Below are positions 27,975 through 37,900 of a stretch of 64,000 nt of DNA, one piece after another. Each line of letters begins with the position of its first letter. Positions within the stretch are counted from its first letter, which is position 1. The stretch comes from an uncultured Thermoplasmata archaeon (GTDB lineage: Archaea; Thermoplasmatota; Thermoplasmata; JAGHBH01). The position numbers were made by a program, and so were the translations under genes. The stretch is taken from NCBI GenBank assembly GCA_964601625.1, contig CAZROC010000005.1, positions 21,077-85,076 on the forward strand. The letters are read 5' to 3'. The notes under the pieces were generated by a model. It searched no databases. It worked only from the letters and a program-made list of their open reading frames with translations, and had not been told where the DNA came from.

Positions 27975-29222
27975 TTGATGAATAACTGGGCTAAGATAAT
28001 AATCGGTGATAGCCGAAAAATGATAGAAGTTGGAGATAATAGTGTAGATCTGGTTGTTACGTCTCCCCCTTATTGGCATATTAAAGATTACGAAGTTGAA
28101 GGACAAATCGGATATGGGCAGAGTCTCCATGAATATTTGAAAGATTTATACAGAGTGTGGAAAGAATGCTACAGAATTCTTAAACCGGGACGGAGAATGG
28201 CTATAAATATAGGCGATCAATTCGCTCGTTCTGTAATTTATGGTAGATATAAAGTCATACCATTGCATGCTGAGTTCATAGCTCAGTGCGAGGATATAGG
28301 CTTTGATTATATGGGAGCAATAATCTGGCAGAAGAAAACCACAATGAATACGACCGGTGGAGCAAATGTGATGGGTTCTTATCCCTATCCTCCTAACGGA
28401 ATGATTGAGATTGACTATGAGTTTATACTTATTTTTAAAAAACCCGGAAAAAGTGGAAAGATTCCAAAGGAAATTAAGGAAATGTCTAAGCTAAGCAAGG
28501 AAGAGTGGAAAGAATACTTCTACGGGCACTGGTATTTTGGTGGTGCAAGGCAGATAGAACATGAGGCCATGTTTCCAGAAGAACTACCAAAAAGGTTGAT
28601 AAAGATGTATACGTTCGTAGGCGATACTGTTCTTGACCCTTTCCTTGGAAGCGGAACTACTGTAAAAGCAGCTTTGAATCTGAATAGAAATTCAATAGGT
28701 TATGAAATAAATGAAATGTTTTTAGATGTGATAAAAGAAAAACTGGGATTGAAACAAAGTTTACTTCAATTTAGTGGGGATATACAAATAATAAAACGAC
28801 GTACTGCGATAGAGGTTGATGAGATTAATTATGTCCCGAGAATCAAAGATGCCAGACCAAAAATAGATCCCAAAAAATTCAATTTTAAAAACGACAGACT
28901 TTATAAAGTTGTTGACATCATAGATGAACAAACTATTAAATTAAATACAGGTCTATTCGTTAGGTTCCTTGGTGTAAAAATAGATAAAAAGGAAGAAGCA
29001 TTGGAATATCTTCAAAATCGTGTTTTGAAAAAAGAGGTCTATCTTAAATTTGACAATGGCGTTGAGTTGAACGGAAATATTGTTAGTGCTTATGTTTATT
29101 TAAAAAATAGAATCTTCTTGAATGCGTATCTCATAAAATCTGGAATAGCGGTTCCGGACTTTTCAAAAGATTTTAAATTAAAGAACAAGTTCATCCAACT
29201 ATGGAGGAATAGTAATGGGTAA
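27975..29222 (+). CDS. beta-class N4-cytosine/N6-adenine DNA methyltransferase fused to C-terminal SNase-like (OB-fold nuclease-like) domain
   Basis: Motif IV SPPY comes before motif I DPFLGSGTT, which is the beta-group order. The C-terminal ~125 aa (VYLKFDNG...VSAYVYLKNRIFLNAYLIKSGIAVPDF) resembles the staphylococcal-nuclease fold. Sits in an AT-rich segment. Confidence 0.8.
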   Translation: MMNNWAKIIIGDSRKMIEVGDNSVDLVVTSPPYWHIKDYEVEGQIGYGQSLHEYLKDLYRVWKECYRILKPGRRMAINIGDQFARSVIYGRYKVIPLHAEFIAQCEDIGFDYMGAIIWQKKTTMNTTGGANVMGSYPYPPNGMIEIDYEFILIFKKPGKSGKIPKEIKEMSKLSKEEWKEYFYGHWYFGGARQIEHEAMFPEELPKRLIKMYTFVGDTVLDPFLGSGTTVKAALNLNRNSIGYEINEMFLDVIKEKLGLKQSLLQFSGDIQIIKRRTAIEVDEINYVPRIKDARPKIDPKKFNFKNDRLYKVVDIIDEQTIKLNTGLFVRFLGVKIDKKEEALEYLQNRVLKKEVYLKFDNGVELNGNIVSAYVYLKNRIFLNAYLIKSGIAVPDFSKDFKLKNKFIQLWRNSNG

Positions 29223-29306
29223 TGGCCTGGTTGTTATATATAGTATGAAGAGTTTTAATTCAACAAACGCTACCGGTTTACTCTTTTAAGGTAAGGAAGT
29301 GATAAA

Positions 29307-29981
29307 ATGGCAAAAGAATGGATATTGAACATGGCGACAAACAGATGGGGACTTAATAAGAAAAATAGTGTTGGGCCAGTATCTCAATGGATAAGGGAGT
29401 GTAGTCCAAGAACTATTAAAGATTGGGAACAATTTTATTATAAAAAGCTTGCTGATTTTCTCAAAGTAAAGGGTGTTTCTTTATCTCCTAAGGAGTATAT
29501 TGAAGATTTGGGAAGAAAATTGTATGTGAAAATTACAGAAGTTATACAGGCAGAAATAGAGGAAGTGACAGAAGAAGATTGTATTCGGTACATTTACAAC
29601 CTTGTAATTAACAGGACCTACGATGGCTATTTAACGGAGATAAAAACAATATATGGCAAGTTGCAAAGGGATTTGGGTGTTGATATAAAACCTGCACCGG
29701 ATGAGTGGGATAGACTTTACAATGTGGATTTTTATATACAAATTGGTAAAAATTATATTGGTTTGCAAATAAAACCGATAACTTATGAACAAACACCAGA
29801 AATTTACAGATGGAAAGAGTGGCTTGGTAAAACCCATAAGAAGTTTGAAGAAAATTTTGGTGGAAGAGTGTTTATTGTGTTTTCAATTAAAAAAGACAAC
29901 AAAAAGGAAATTTACAACCCGGAGATTATTGAAGAAATAAAAAAAGAAATTGAGAGGCTTAGAGAGAGGAGTTGGTCGTAA
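29307..29981 (+). CDS. putative type II restriction endonuclease (PD-(D/E)xK-like)
   Basis: D...YNVDFYIQIGKNYIGLQIKP is a PD-(D/E)xK-like motif. It sits immediately downstream of the MTase in the same AT-rich island. No family recognised. Confidence 0.45.
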   Translation: MAKEWILNMATNRWGLNKKNSVGPVSQWIRECSPRTIKDWEQFYYKKLADFLKVKGVSLSPKEYIEDLGRKLYVKITEVIQAEIEEVTEEDCIRYIYNLVINRTYDGYLTEIKTIYGKLQRDLGVDIKPAPDEWDRLYNVDFYIQIGKNYIGLQIKPITYEQTPEIYRWKEWLGKTHKKFEENFGGRVFIVFSIKKDNKKEIYNPEIIEEIKKEIERLRERSWS

Positions 29982-29997
29982 ACCTATCTAATCTTCT

Positions 29998-31347
29998 TCA
30001 CACGCGTATAGCCTTCCACCGCCCTGAGCGGTAGCGGATGAATATAACAGTGCTCCGGGCGTAGTACTCTATGACCATGGCCAGCCAGACTCCATATAGG
30101 CCGAGGGATGTGTGGAAGCCCAAAACCATTGCCAGTGGGATCCTGAACCCGTATAAGCCGAAAAGCGAAGCGTAGAGGGGATATTTTGTGTCTCCTGCCC
30201 CTCTGAGGGCGCCGGCGAGGGTGAAATGGGTCGCTATGGCGATTTCCCCTATTGCGAGTATCCGTATGAAAACCACGGATAGAGTCACAACGGTTTCGTC
30301 CCGTATGAAAACCTCTGCTACCGGCCTGGCAAAAACGAAGAGCAGGAGACCCAGGGAGCCCATGGTCAGAATGGCGAGTTTGAGAGAGAGCCAGCCGCTC
30401 TTTTCTGCCGTCTCGGGGGCTCTCTCCCCGAGGTAGCGGCCGGACAGGGCGGTCGCGGCGGTGGCGAACCCCAGACCAGGCATGAATGAAAGGCTCTGGA
30501 CCCGCATACCTATGCTGTGCGCCGCGACAGCGGCGTCTCCGAACCTGACCACCATTATCATGTATATCAGAAAACCTATCTGGATGGCCACTTGCTCCGT
30601 TGCGGCAGGGAGCCCTATGCGGACTATCCTCGTCATCATCTCTCCATCGGGGACCAGGGCGCCTGGCACTATTTGCACATCTCTTTTCTTGGAAATGAGT
30701 ATGGAAGCATATATCATCGCTCCCACTAAAAAAGAGAGGAGAGTCCCCAGGCCAGCACCTTTCACTCCCATGGCCGGCATGCCGAGTTTTCCGAAGATGA
30801 AGATGTAGTTGAAAAACACGTTGAAGGCGTTCGTTGTTCCGTTTATACACATGGGCGTTTTTGCGTCTCCGGTGGCTATAAAAGAGGCTGCTGACACGGC
30901 CATGACAGCGAAGAGGGGAGAGCCAGCAAAAACAAAACGGGTATATTCCGCTGCCAGAGCTGATACGTCTAGGCTCGCCCCGTATATTCCCACGACGATG
31001 TCCGGTCGGAGTGTTCCGAGGAAGAAAAAAGGGATGCTTATCACGGCAGCGAGCAGGTAGGATTGTCCCACGGCCATGTCTCTATTCTTTGTCTCACCGG
31101 AACCTGTGAAGCGGGAGACGAGAGCCACGGTCCCCGCGGTCACAGCGGCCAGAACGGTCATAAGGATGAAAAAGACCTGGCCGCCTATGGTTACGCCGCC
31201 GACCGCTTTTCGTCCGAGGGTGCCCACCATTATTATGTCCGCTGTGACAGCCAGTGTCTGGAAAAGATTGTTGAGTATGGATGGCCAGGCGAGATGAAAA
31301 ACCTGTTTTATTAAATTATCACCTTCTGACACAAACGGGCTTAACAT
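29998..31347 (-). CDS. MATE family efflux transporter
   Basis: 449 aa, 12 TM helices, and an N-terminus (FHLAWPSILNNLFQTLAVTADIIMVG) typical of MATE. Confidence 0.85.
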   Translation of the reverse strand: MLSPFVSEGDNLIKQVFHLAWPSILNNLFQTLAVTADIIMVGTLGRKAVGGVTIGGQVFFILMTVLAAVTAGTVALVSRFTGSGETKNRDMAVGQSYLLAAVISIPFFFLGTLRPDIVVGIYGASLDVSALAAEYTRFVFAGSPLFAVMAVSAASFIATGDAKTPMCINGTTNAFNVFFNYIFIFGKLGMPAMGVKGAGLGTLLSFLVGAMIYASILISKKRDVQIVPGALVPDGEMMTRIVRIGLPAATEQVAIQIGFLIYMIMVVRFGDAAVAAHSIGMRVQSLSFMPGLGFATAATALSGRYLGERAPETAEKSGWLSLKLAILTMGSLGLLLFVFARPVAEVFIRDETVVTLSVVFIRILAIGEIAIATHFTLAGALRGAGDTKYPLYASLFGLYGFRIPLAMVLGFHTSLGLYGVWLAMVIEYYARSTVIFIRYRSGRWKAIRV

Positions 31348-31379
31348 TATCGTGATATATTAGTTTTTGTCCGTCGCAC

Positions 31380-32135
31380 TCATTTTTCTTCTGCAATATG
31401 TTCTTTTTTCGCAGGTCTTGTGCCTATTTTTTCTTCCCGCCCATAGAAAACAAAACCATAATAGGAGATGTAGGAGGACAGGAGCATGCCCACGAGAATT
31501 ACCGGGTGGAAAGGGTGTGTGAAGGGGTTGTCACACCTCGAGGCAGCGTTGAGCCCAAAGCCCACTGCGTAGAGAGAGACGGTTATTATAAATCCGTATA
31601 CGGTCATATAAAGACGTGTTTTTTCAATTTTCTTTATTCTTCTGGCAGCGTTCTGAAGGAAAACGGCAGGTACGAGTGTGAAAAAAGCGGCGTACGTCGT
31701 TCCCAGAAAAACCATGAGTGGTTCAAGGTCCTGGTGGAAGGTTTCGTTTATGTCGCTCCTGGGAGGATGCATGTAAAATACGAGCCCGCAGACGAATATG
31801 GCCAGAAAAAGGTTGACGCCTATGAAAACCCTCCGCCACCCCCGGAAATCCCCATACAGGAGCTTTAGAGCGAACCCGGAGAAGAAAAACGGTGTGAACG
31901 TCAGGAAGACCCTTGAGACCAGGAACGTGTTTATTCCTCCCGCTCCCACGACCATAAACGGTCCCAGCAGGAGAAGGGTTCCCTGTAATATCAGGGCAGA
32001 AGAGAACCAGAGGGCGCTTCCCTCTTCTTTTTTCATGGACAACACGGCCAGGCCCATTAAGAAGAGTATGAGACCGGTTATTGAATACAGTGACAGGGAT
32101 AGATATAGAGAGATGGTGTTCAACCGCACCACCAC
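31380..32135 (-). CDS. hypothetical polytopic membrane protein
   Basis: 251 aa with seven or more TM helices. Confidence 0.35.
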   Translation of the reverse strand: MVVRLNTISLYLSLSLYSITGLILFLMGLAVLSMKKEEGSALWFSSALILQGTLLLLGPFMVVGAGGINTFLVSRVFLTFTPFFFSGFALKLLYGDFRGWRRVFIGVNLFLAIFVCGLVFYMHPPRSDINETFHQDLEPLMVFLGTTYAAFFTLVPAVFLQNAARRIKKIEKTRLYMTVYGFIITVSLYAVGFGLNAASRCDNPFTHPFHPVILVGMLLSSYISYYGFVFYGREEKIGTRPAKKEHIAEEK

Positions 32136-32716
32136 CCCACCGGTTTAAAACCGCTGTTTTCAAGGCTCTCGGTGAACGATGGAAGGATGAGCGGGATCAG
32201 AACCAGACAGGCCACAATGTTGCCGGCAACCCACACAAGCCAGACATGGGGAATTTCAGAGAGCGGGGTGTACCCCCATAGATGCGAAAGAAAAACGCCC
32301 CATGTTGCCCCCACGATGTGCGGGACGGTGAAAACCCAGAGAGCATTTCGCTTTGTGAAAATGTCCCTGAGACTCCTGGGCGTCGGGGTGTGTATGTACG
32401 CTGCCAGTGGGATAAGCACCTGGACAAAATCTGAGGACATGACCAGGGCGCTATAAACGGGCGGAAAACCATAGACGTATGCGGCCATGGAAGACCCGGC
32501 CCACACTCCGAGAGCGCCCCACATCCTGAACCAGAGGGCAAAAGAGATCATGAACGCTATGGCCGGATAAAAAAAAGTTACACCGCCAGATATGTCGTTT
32601 GTTATCAGCGCGTGGTAAGCGAGAAAAAAAGAGGCGACCATTGAGACGCTGAAGCCAACTCCGCGCCTCTGCCACCGCCCGTTAAAACCCTTTTTGTAAG
32701 CACCTTCCCCTTCCAT
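32120..32716 (-). CDS. hypothetical polytopic membrane protein
   Basis: 198 aa with five or six TM helices. Confidence 0.35.
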   Translation of the reverse strand: MEGEGAYKKGFNGRWQRRGVGFSVSMVASFFLAYHALITNDISGGVTFFYPAIAFMISFALWFRMWGALGVWAGSSMAAYVYGFPPVYSALVMSSDFVQVLIPLAAYIHTPTPRSLRDIFTKRNALWVFTVPHIVGATWGVFLSHLWGYTPLSEIPHVWLVWVAGNIVACLVLIPLILPSFTESLENSGFKPVGWWCG

Positions 32717-32822
32717 CTCCTTTCACCGGGTCAATGTTTGAGCCGTCCCTTTTAACCACGGCGCCAGTGCATGTATCAAATTACCCATATTTATGGTTTT
32801 TCTATTTCTCAGCCTTTTTGAC

Positions 32823-33815
32823 TCAGTCTTTCAATTTTTCAAAATGGACGAATAGAGACCAGAAAACAGCCACCCATACGACGAACAGAAAATCTCCAAG
32901 GTGTGTGTGCACCCACATCATCGTAGCACTGTCCCGGTAGTACATTATGAGGACAAGCATGACCATGCGCAACAGGTTTATGAGAAAAGCGCCGGACACC
33001 CCTATTGCCATCCAGAGGGCTTTGCGCCTTCCGGGAATGGGGAGCGGGATGATCAGGGCAGAGAGTATGAAAGCGAACATGAGCAGACTTCTCAGACCGG
33101 TGCACCCCCATGCGATGACCAGCGTGCTGTTTTCGTTCAGGCCGAAAACCGTGAGCGCGCCCGCCTCTTCCACCAGACCAGAAGGTGAAACGTATTGGGG
33201 GGGAATCCCATAGGGCAGGGCTCCCTTGTAAACGGGATATCCCATCCCCCCCGGCCCCGTTATCCAGACCACAACATCAACGAACCAGTCCGCGACGGTC
33301 TCAAAAAAATGCTCGTAGACCAGCTGCAGACCTTTAAGGGCCCCGGCCAGTCCCACCACCAGGACGATTGGAACCGCCACCTCTCTGATATGTCTGTAGC
33401 CAAAGAAGAAAAGTATCACCCCGAGGACGAATATGACATAGTCCGTCTGGCCATATCCGCCGCCGAAGATCCCCCGCGTGGCCAGGTCAAAAACAAAGCT
33501 GCCCGCACAGACCAGCAGGCCTACGGCCATCTCATCAATTTCCGGGATAGGAATTTTCCTATACCTGTCTTCGTCCTGGTAGACTATCACAAAGACGAGG
33601 AGAGAGTAAAAGAAGAGGTTGAAAAACCCCTGTGTTGATATTACACTGAGGAGTGGGCTTATAAAAAGCGCGGAATAAAAGAGAATCATCCTGTTGTTCG
33701 AAAACCACACACGCATTTTAACGGTTTTTTCCGGGGATATGAGTCGGGAGGGGGGGACGACTGAGATTTTTTCTCTCCCACCATCCCGCACCACGGGCAG
33801 TTCTTTTTCTCTCAT
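32823..33815 (-). CDS. archaeosortase/exosortase-family protein
   Basis: Polytopic protein carrying IAWGCTGLRSLL (the Cys-x-G-L-R active-site region of exosortases) and a later INLLRMV (N..R) motif. The start is possibly the internal Met at about 33716. Confidence 0.5.
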   Translation of the reverse strand: MREKELPVVRDGGREKISVVPPSRLISPEKTVKMRVWFSNNRMILFYSALFISPLLSVISTQGFFNLFFYSLLVFVIVYQDEDRYRKIPIPEIDEMAVGLLVCAGSFVFDLATRGIFGGGYGQTDYVIFVLGVILFFFGYRHIREVAVPIVLVVGLAGALKGLQLVYEHFFETVADWFVDVVVWITGPGGMGYPVYKGALPYGIPPQYVSPSGLVEEAGALTVFGLNENSTLVIAWGCTGLRSLLMFAFILSALIIPLPIPGRRKALWMAIGVSGAFLINLLRMVMLVLIMYYRDSATMMWVHTHLGDFLFVVWVAVFWSLFVHFEKLKD

Positions 33816-34723
33816 TTTTCCTCTCCGTCCAGAAGGAGCTCTTCAAGCCCTTTTCTCAGAGAGACCCGGGGATAAAACCCGAGGACCTCCCTGGCCAGGG
33901 TTATGTCACCCCTGCTGTGCATGATCTCTCCGGGTATCGGGTCAGCGTATTCAATTCCCAGGGCGTCCGCGCCTGTTATCTCAAGCATGATCTCTGCGAG
34001 CTCTTTTATTGATGTTGACTCGCCGGTGGCGCAGTTGAAAACGGTCCCGACAGCGGCGGGGTTTTTCAGGAGCAGATCCACCATCTCCACAACATCTTTC
34101 ACATGGATGAAGTCCCTGGTCTGTTCCCCTGTGCCATATATCAACGGCGGCTTTTTTTCCCTGATTCTCTGTCTGAAACGCGTTATGACACCGGAATACG
34201 GGTTGTTCGGGTCCTGGCGGGGGCTGTATATGTTGAACGGGCGGAGTGCTGTTGCTTTCAGCCCGTGAGTGGCATAAAATGCCATGGTGTATTTTTCGCC
34301 TGCCAGTTTGCTGACGCCATATGGCGACAGGGGGGCGAGGCTGTGGCTTTCGGAGATGGGGAGTGCGGTGGGGTTCCCGTATACGGCGGCGCTTGAGAAA
34401 TAAACGAATCTCTCAACGTCCACCGCGGCGGCTTCTTCAAGAAGCACTAACGTCCCTGTTATGTTGTGGCTCTCGTCTTCCAAGGGGTCTTTTATAGAAG
34501 CGACAACGCTCACCTGTGCCGCACAGTGGACAACGGCGTCCACGTCTGCTATGACCTTTTTAACGTCCTCTCTTTTTCTTATGTCTCCTATCGCTGTGAC
34601 CTCGTCCACGTCTCTTATTGGCGAATGACGCAGGTCGATGCCCACGACGTCGTGAAAGTCTCTAAGATGTTCTACCAGATATGAACCCACCTGTCCGGCG
34701 CTTCCTGTGACCAGGATTTTCAC
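33812..34723 (-). CDS. NAD-dependent epimerase/dehydratase (UDP-sugar 4-epimerase-like SDR)
   Basis: ILVTGSAGQVGSYL Rossmann motif and a YxxxK catalytic pair (YGVSKLAGEKY). Confidence 0.8.
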   Translation of the reverse strand: MKILVTGSAGQVGSYLVEHLRDFHDVVGIDLRHSPIRDVDEVTAIGDIRKREDVKKVIADVDAVVHCAAQVSVVASIKDPLEDESHNITGTLVLLEEAAAVDVERFVYFSSAAVYGNPTALPISESHSLAPLSPYGVSKLAGEKYTMAFYATHGLKATALRPFNIYSPRQDPNNPYSGVITRFRQRIREKKPPLIYGTGEQTRDFIHVKDVVEMVDLLLKNPAAVGTVFNCATGESTSIKELAEIMLEITGADALGIEYADPIPGEIMHSRGDITLAREVLGFYPRVSLRKGLEELLLDGEEK

Positions 34724-34900
34724 GGCATCACCTCTGTGTTCAGATACTTTGTTTTACAGATAAAGGAGGTGTTGGTGTTAAAAAACATTTTCTCTAATCT
34801 GCCAGATGCGAGGTGCCAGATGTGAAACCGAGATGCGAAGACCGAAGACCGAAAAAACTTTTAATCCCGAGATACATAGATACAATAGTGAGGAGAGAGA

Positions 34901-37900
34901 ATGCTGGCTTTTTCGGATAGAAACCCCGTGTTTTTTCGCCAAAAAGGAAAAAAAGGCCCCTTTTTCTCCGGCCTCTCAGTATTTTTTCTGTTTTTACTTT
35001 TGTCTTCATCGCTCCTTCTTCCAGCGCTTTTAGCCGGCGAGGCGTTTTTTGTGGGCGATGCACACGCCTCTGGTGAAAGAGAGGGTGGATGGTGGAACAG
35101 GGACTGGGAATACCGGATACCTGTAACCGTCAGGGATGCAGCGGACCACGACCACACGCCTTTTCTGGTGGACCTCTGGCTTGATCTGTCAAAGTACGAT
35201 GTGGCCAATTTCACGGCTGAGTGCAGAATAACGGAACTGTTTCCCTCGGGCGAGAAGGAAATACCCTTTCAGGTGGTGAACGACAGGAACATAAACGGCC
35301 GCTCTTATGAAGCGAGGGTGGTATTCCCCGTGGAAAACCTGCGTGCTGGCGAGACCATAGCATTTTACATTTACTTCGGGAACCCCGGGGTCCAGCCTTC
35401 CACACTGCAGAGAGATTTCCACCCGGAGACGATAAAGAACACGCTCTACAATCCCACGCCGGAAAACAACAATTACCGCCTGTCCGGGCCGACGGATGTT
35501 TTTGTTGATGAAACCGGGAAAATGTACGTGGCTGATAGAGGCAATCAGAGGGTCCAGATATATGACTCAGATGGGAGATATGTTATGTCTCTGGGCGTGT
35601 TTGAGCGGGCAGGCAGCGACACCGCACACCTGAACCATCCATCGGGCGTATGGGTCTCTGAGACCACGGGGTACATTTATGTTGCTGACGAGGGAAATAA
35701 CCGTGTGCAGGTCTTTTCTTCCTCGGGCGCCTACGTGGACACTTTTTCGGCGAATCTCTCATCTCCGTATGATGTGGCTGTGGACGAAAACGGCAGGGTT
35801 TTTGTCTCCGACACCGATAACAACCGTGTCGTCGTTTTTGCTCAAAACGGCAGCGTTGCTGGAGAGATAAAAGACGCGTATGGGGTCCCGCTCAGGTACC
35901 CGGGCGGTCTATGGTTTGACTCCGGTGTTCTGTTTGTTGTGGACACGGGGAACCACCGTGTGGTGCTTTTCAATGCCACCTTCCAGCCCATAGATATGAT
36001 AGGAAAGGGTACACTTGGCACAGGTCACGGGGAGTTTTCTTTTCCCTCCAACGTGGTGGTCCATGGCAGGCGAGTATTTGTCTCAGACACAGGCAACAAG
36101 CGCATAGAGGTGTTTGATAAGAACTCCCTTTCCTATCTATACAGTGTGGAATCCTCTTCCACAGGAGAAGAGACCTTCATGGAGACCCCCCGCGGGATTT
36201 TTGTTAGCGACGGCACTGTGCTGGTGGCCGATCAGGGGACAAACCGTGTGCTCTCTTTTTCAAGCTCTGGTGCCCTCATATCCTCTTTTGGTTTTGGTGC
36301 ATCGCCCCTGAGCCCCTTCTCTCTTAAAAACCCACGTGCCGTGGACGTCTCTCCCAATGGAACCGTCTATGTGGCGGACTGGGGAAACCACCGTGTGGTT
36401 GCTTATTCTTCAACAGGAGGACACCTGTTTACGATAGGCGTGCCCGGCGAGATAGGCTCTGATGTGTTCCATCTGGCAAATCCAAACGATGTGGTGTTCC
36501 ATGATGGTGATCTTTTTGTGGCGGACAGGTATAACAACAGAGTCCAGGTTTTCAATGCCACAAATGGAATGTTTGAACAAACACTCGGCGGCGTGGACGG
36601 TGGCACGGAGAGCTATGGCGGGTTTAACCAGCCGTGCGGTCTCGCGGTTGACGAAGAGGGCAGAATTTACGTCGCTGACACATATAACAACAGGGTTCTT
36701 CTTTTCAACTCTGCGGGGGAGTTCGTGTCAGAGATTGGAAACGGGCAGGGGACTGGTCCAGGCGAGTTCAGACACCCCTATGACATTGAGATATACGGAA
36801 ACATGATATATATACTGGACACGGACAACTTCAGAGTTGAGGTGTTTTACAAACAAAACCTGACGTATGCGGGGACGTTGCTGTCCGGCTCTCCGGGACT
36901 GGGCCCATACGATGTGAGATGGCCCTGCGGCTTTGACATAAGAGATGGGAAAATGGCGATAGCAGACACGTACAACCAGCGTGTACAGGTATATATTATA
37001 ACGGCGCCTCTCAACGTGACATATCTTTTCACTATTGGGACAAACGGAACGGTTGGGGTGGACAACCAGCATTTCATGCGTCCCAGGAAAGTTGACATAG
37101 GACCCGATGGAAAAATATACGTGGCGGACGCGGACAACAACAGGATACAGGTTTACAGTGAAAACGGCGAGCACCTCTCAACTATAGGGGCAGAGATGCA
37201 ACCCGTTTATGACGATTTCTCCCTGGCTTCACCCACAGACGTGAGTGTTGACAGAGAAGGGAATATATACGTGGCGGACAAGAACAACCACCGGGTTCAG
37301 GTGTTCTCTCCGATGGGAGAGCATGTTATGACTTTTGGCTCACGTGAAAAGAGAGAGGCTGGTAGCGATAACAACCACCTTTTTGTACCGGGGGGTGTGA
37401 GTGTCAGCGGAGACATCGTTTACATCGCCGACACCGGGAACGCCAGAGTGCAGGTTTTCAACACCACTGGAGAATATCTGAAAACGATAGACGTTGATTG
37501 TTATTCCGTTGAGGTGGACTCTGGTAGAATTTACTACGCTGAGGCCCCGTTCCACGCAATACTCATAACATCAGAGGAAGGTGAGACGATCCAGCTTTTT
37601 GGAACCCCCGGGGAGAGCGGGACGGACATGGAGCACCTCAATTTTCCTCTCGCAGTTGACGCCGACTCAGATGGGAACGTATACGTCGCTGACACCGGCA
37701 ACCACCGGGTGGTGATATACAGAGGGGTGGAGGACAGGGTAGGAGACGAAGTCTGGGGGGAGACAGGGGTTAAAGGCACAGATATCACACACTTCTCTTC
37801 CCCAGAAGGGATAGCTGTCTGGAACAACATGGTTTTCGTATCGGACACAGGGAATTCCAGAATACAGGTCTTTACCACTGAGGGAGAATATCTTTTCACA

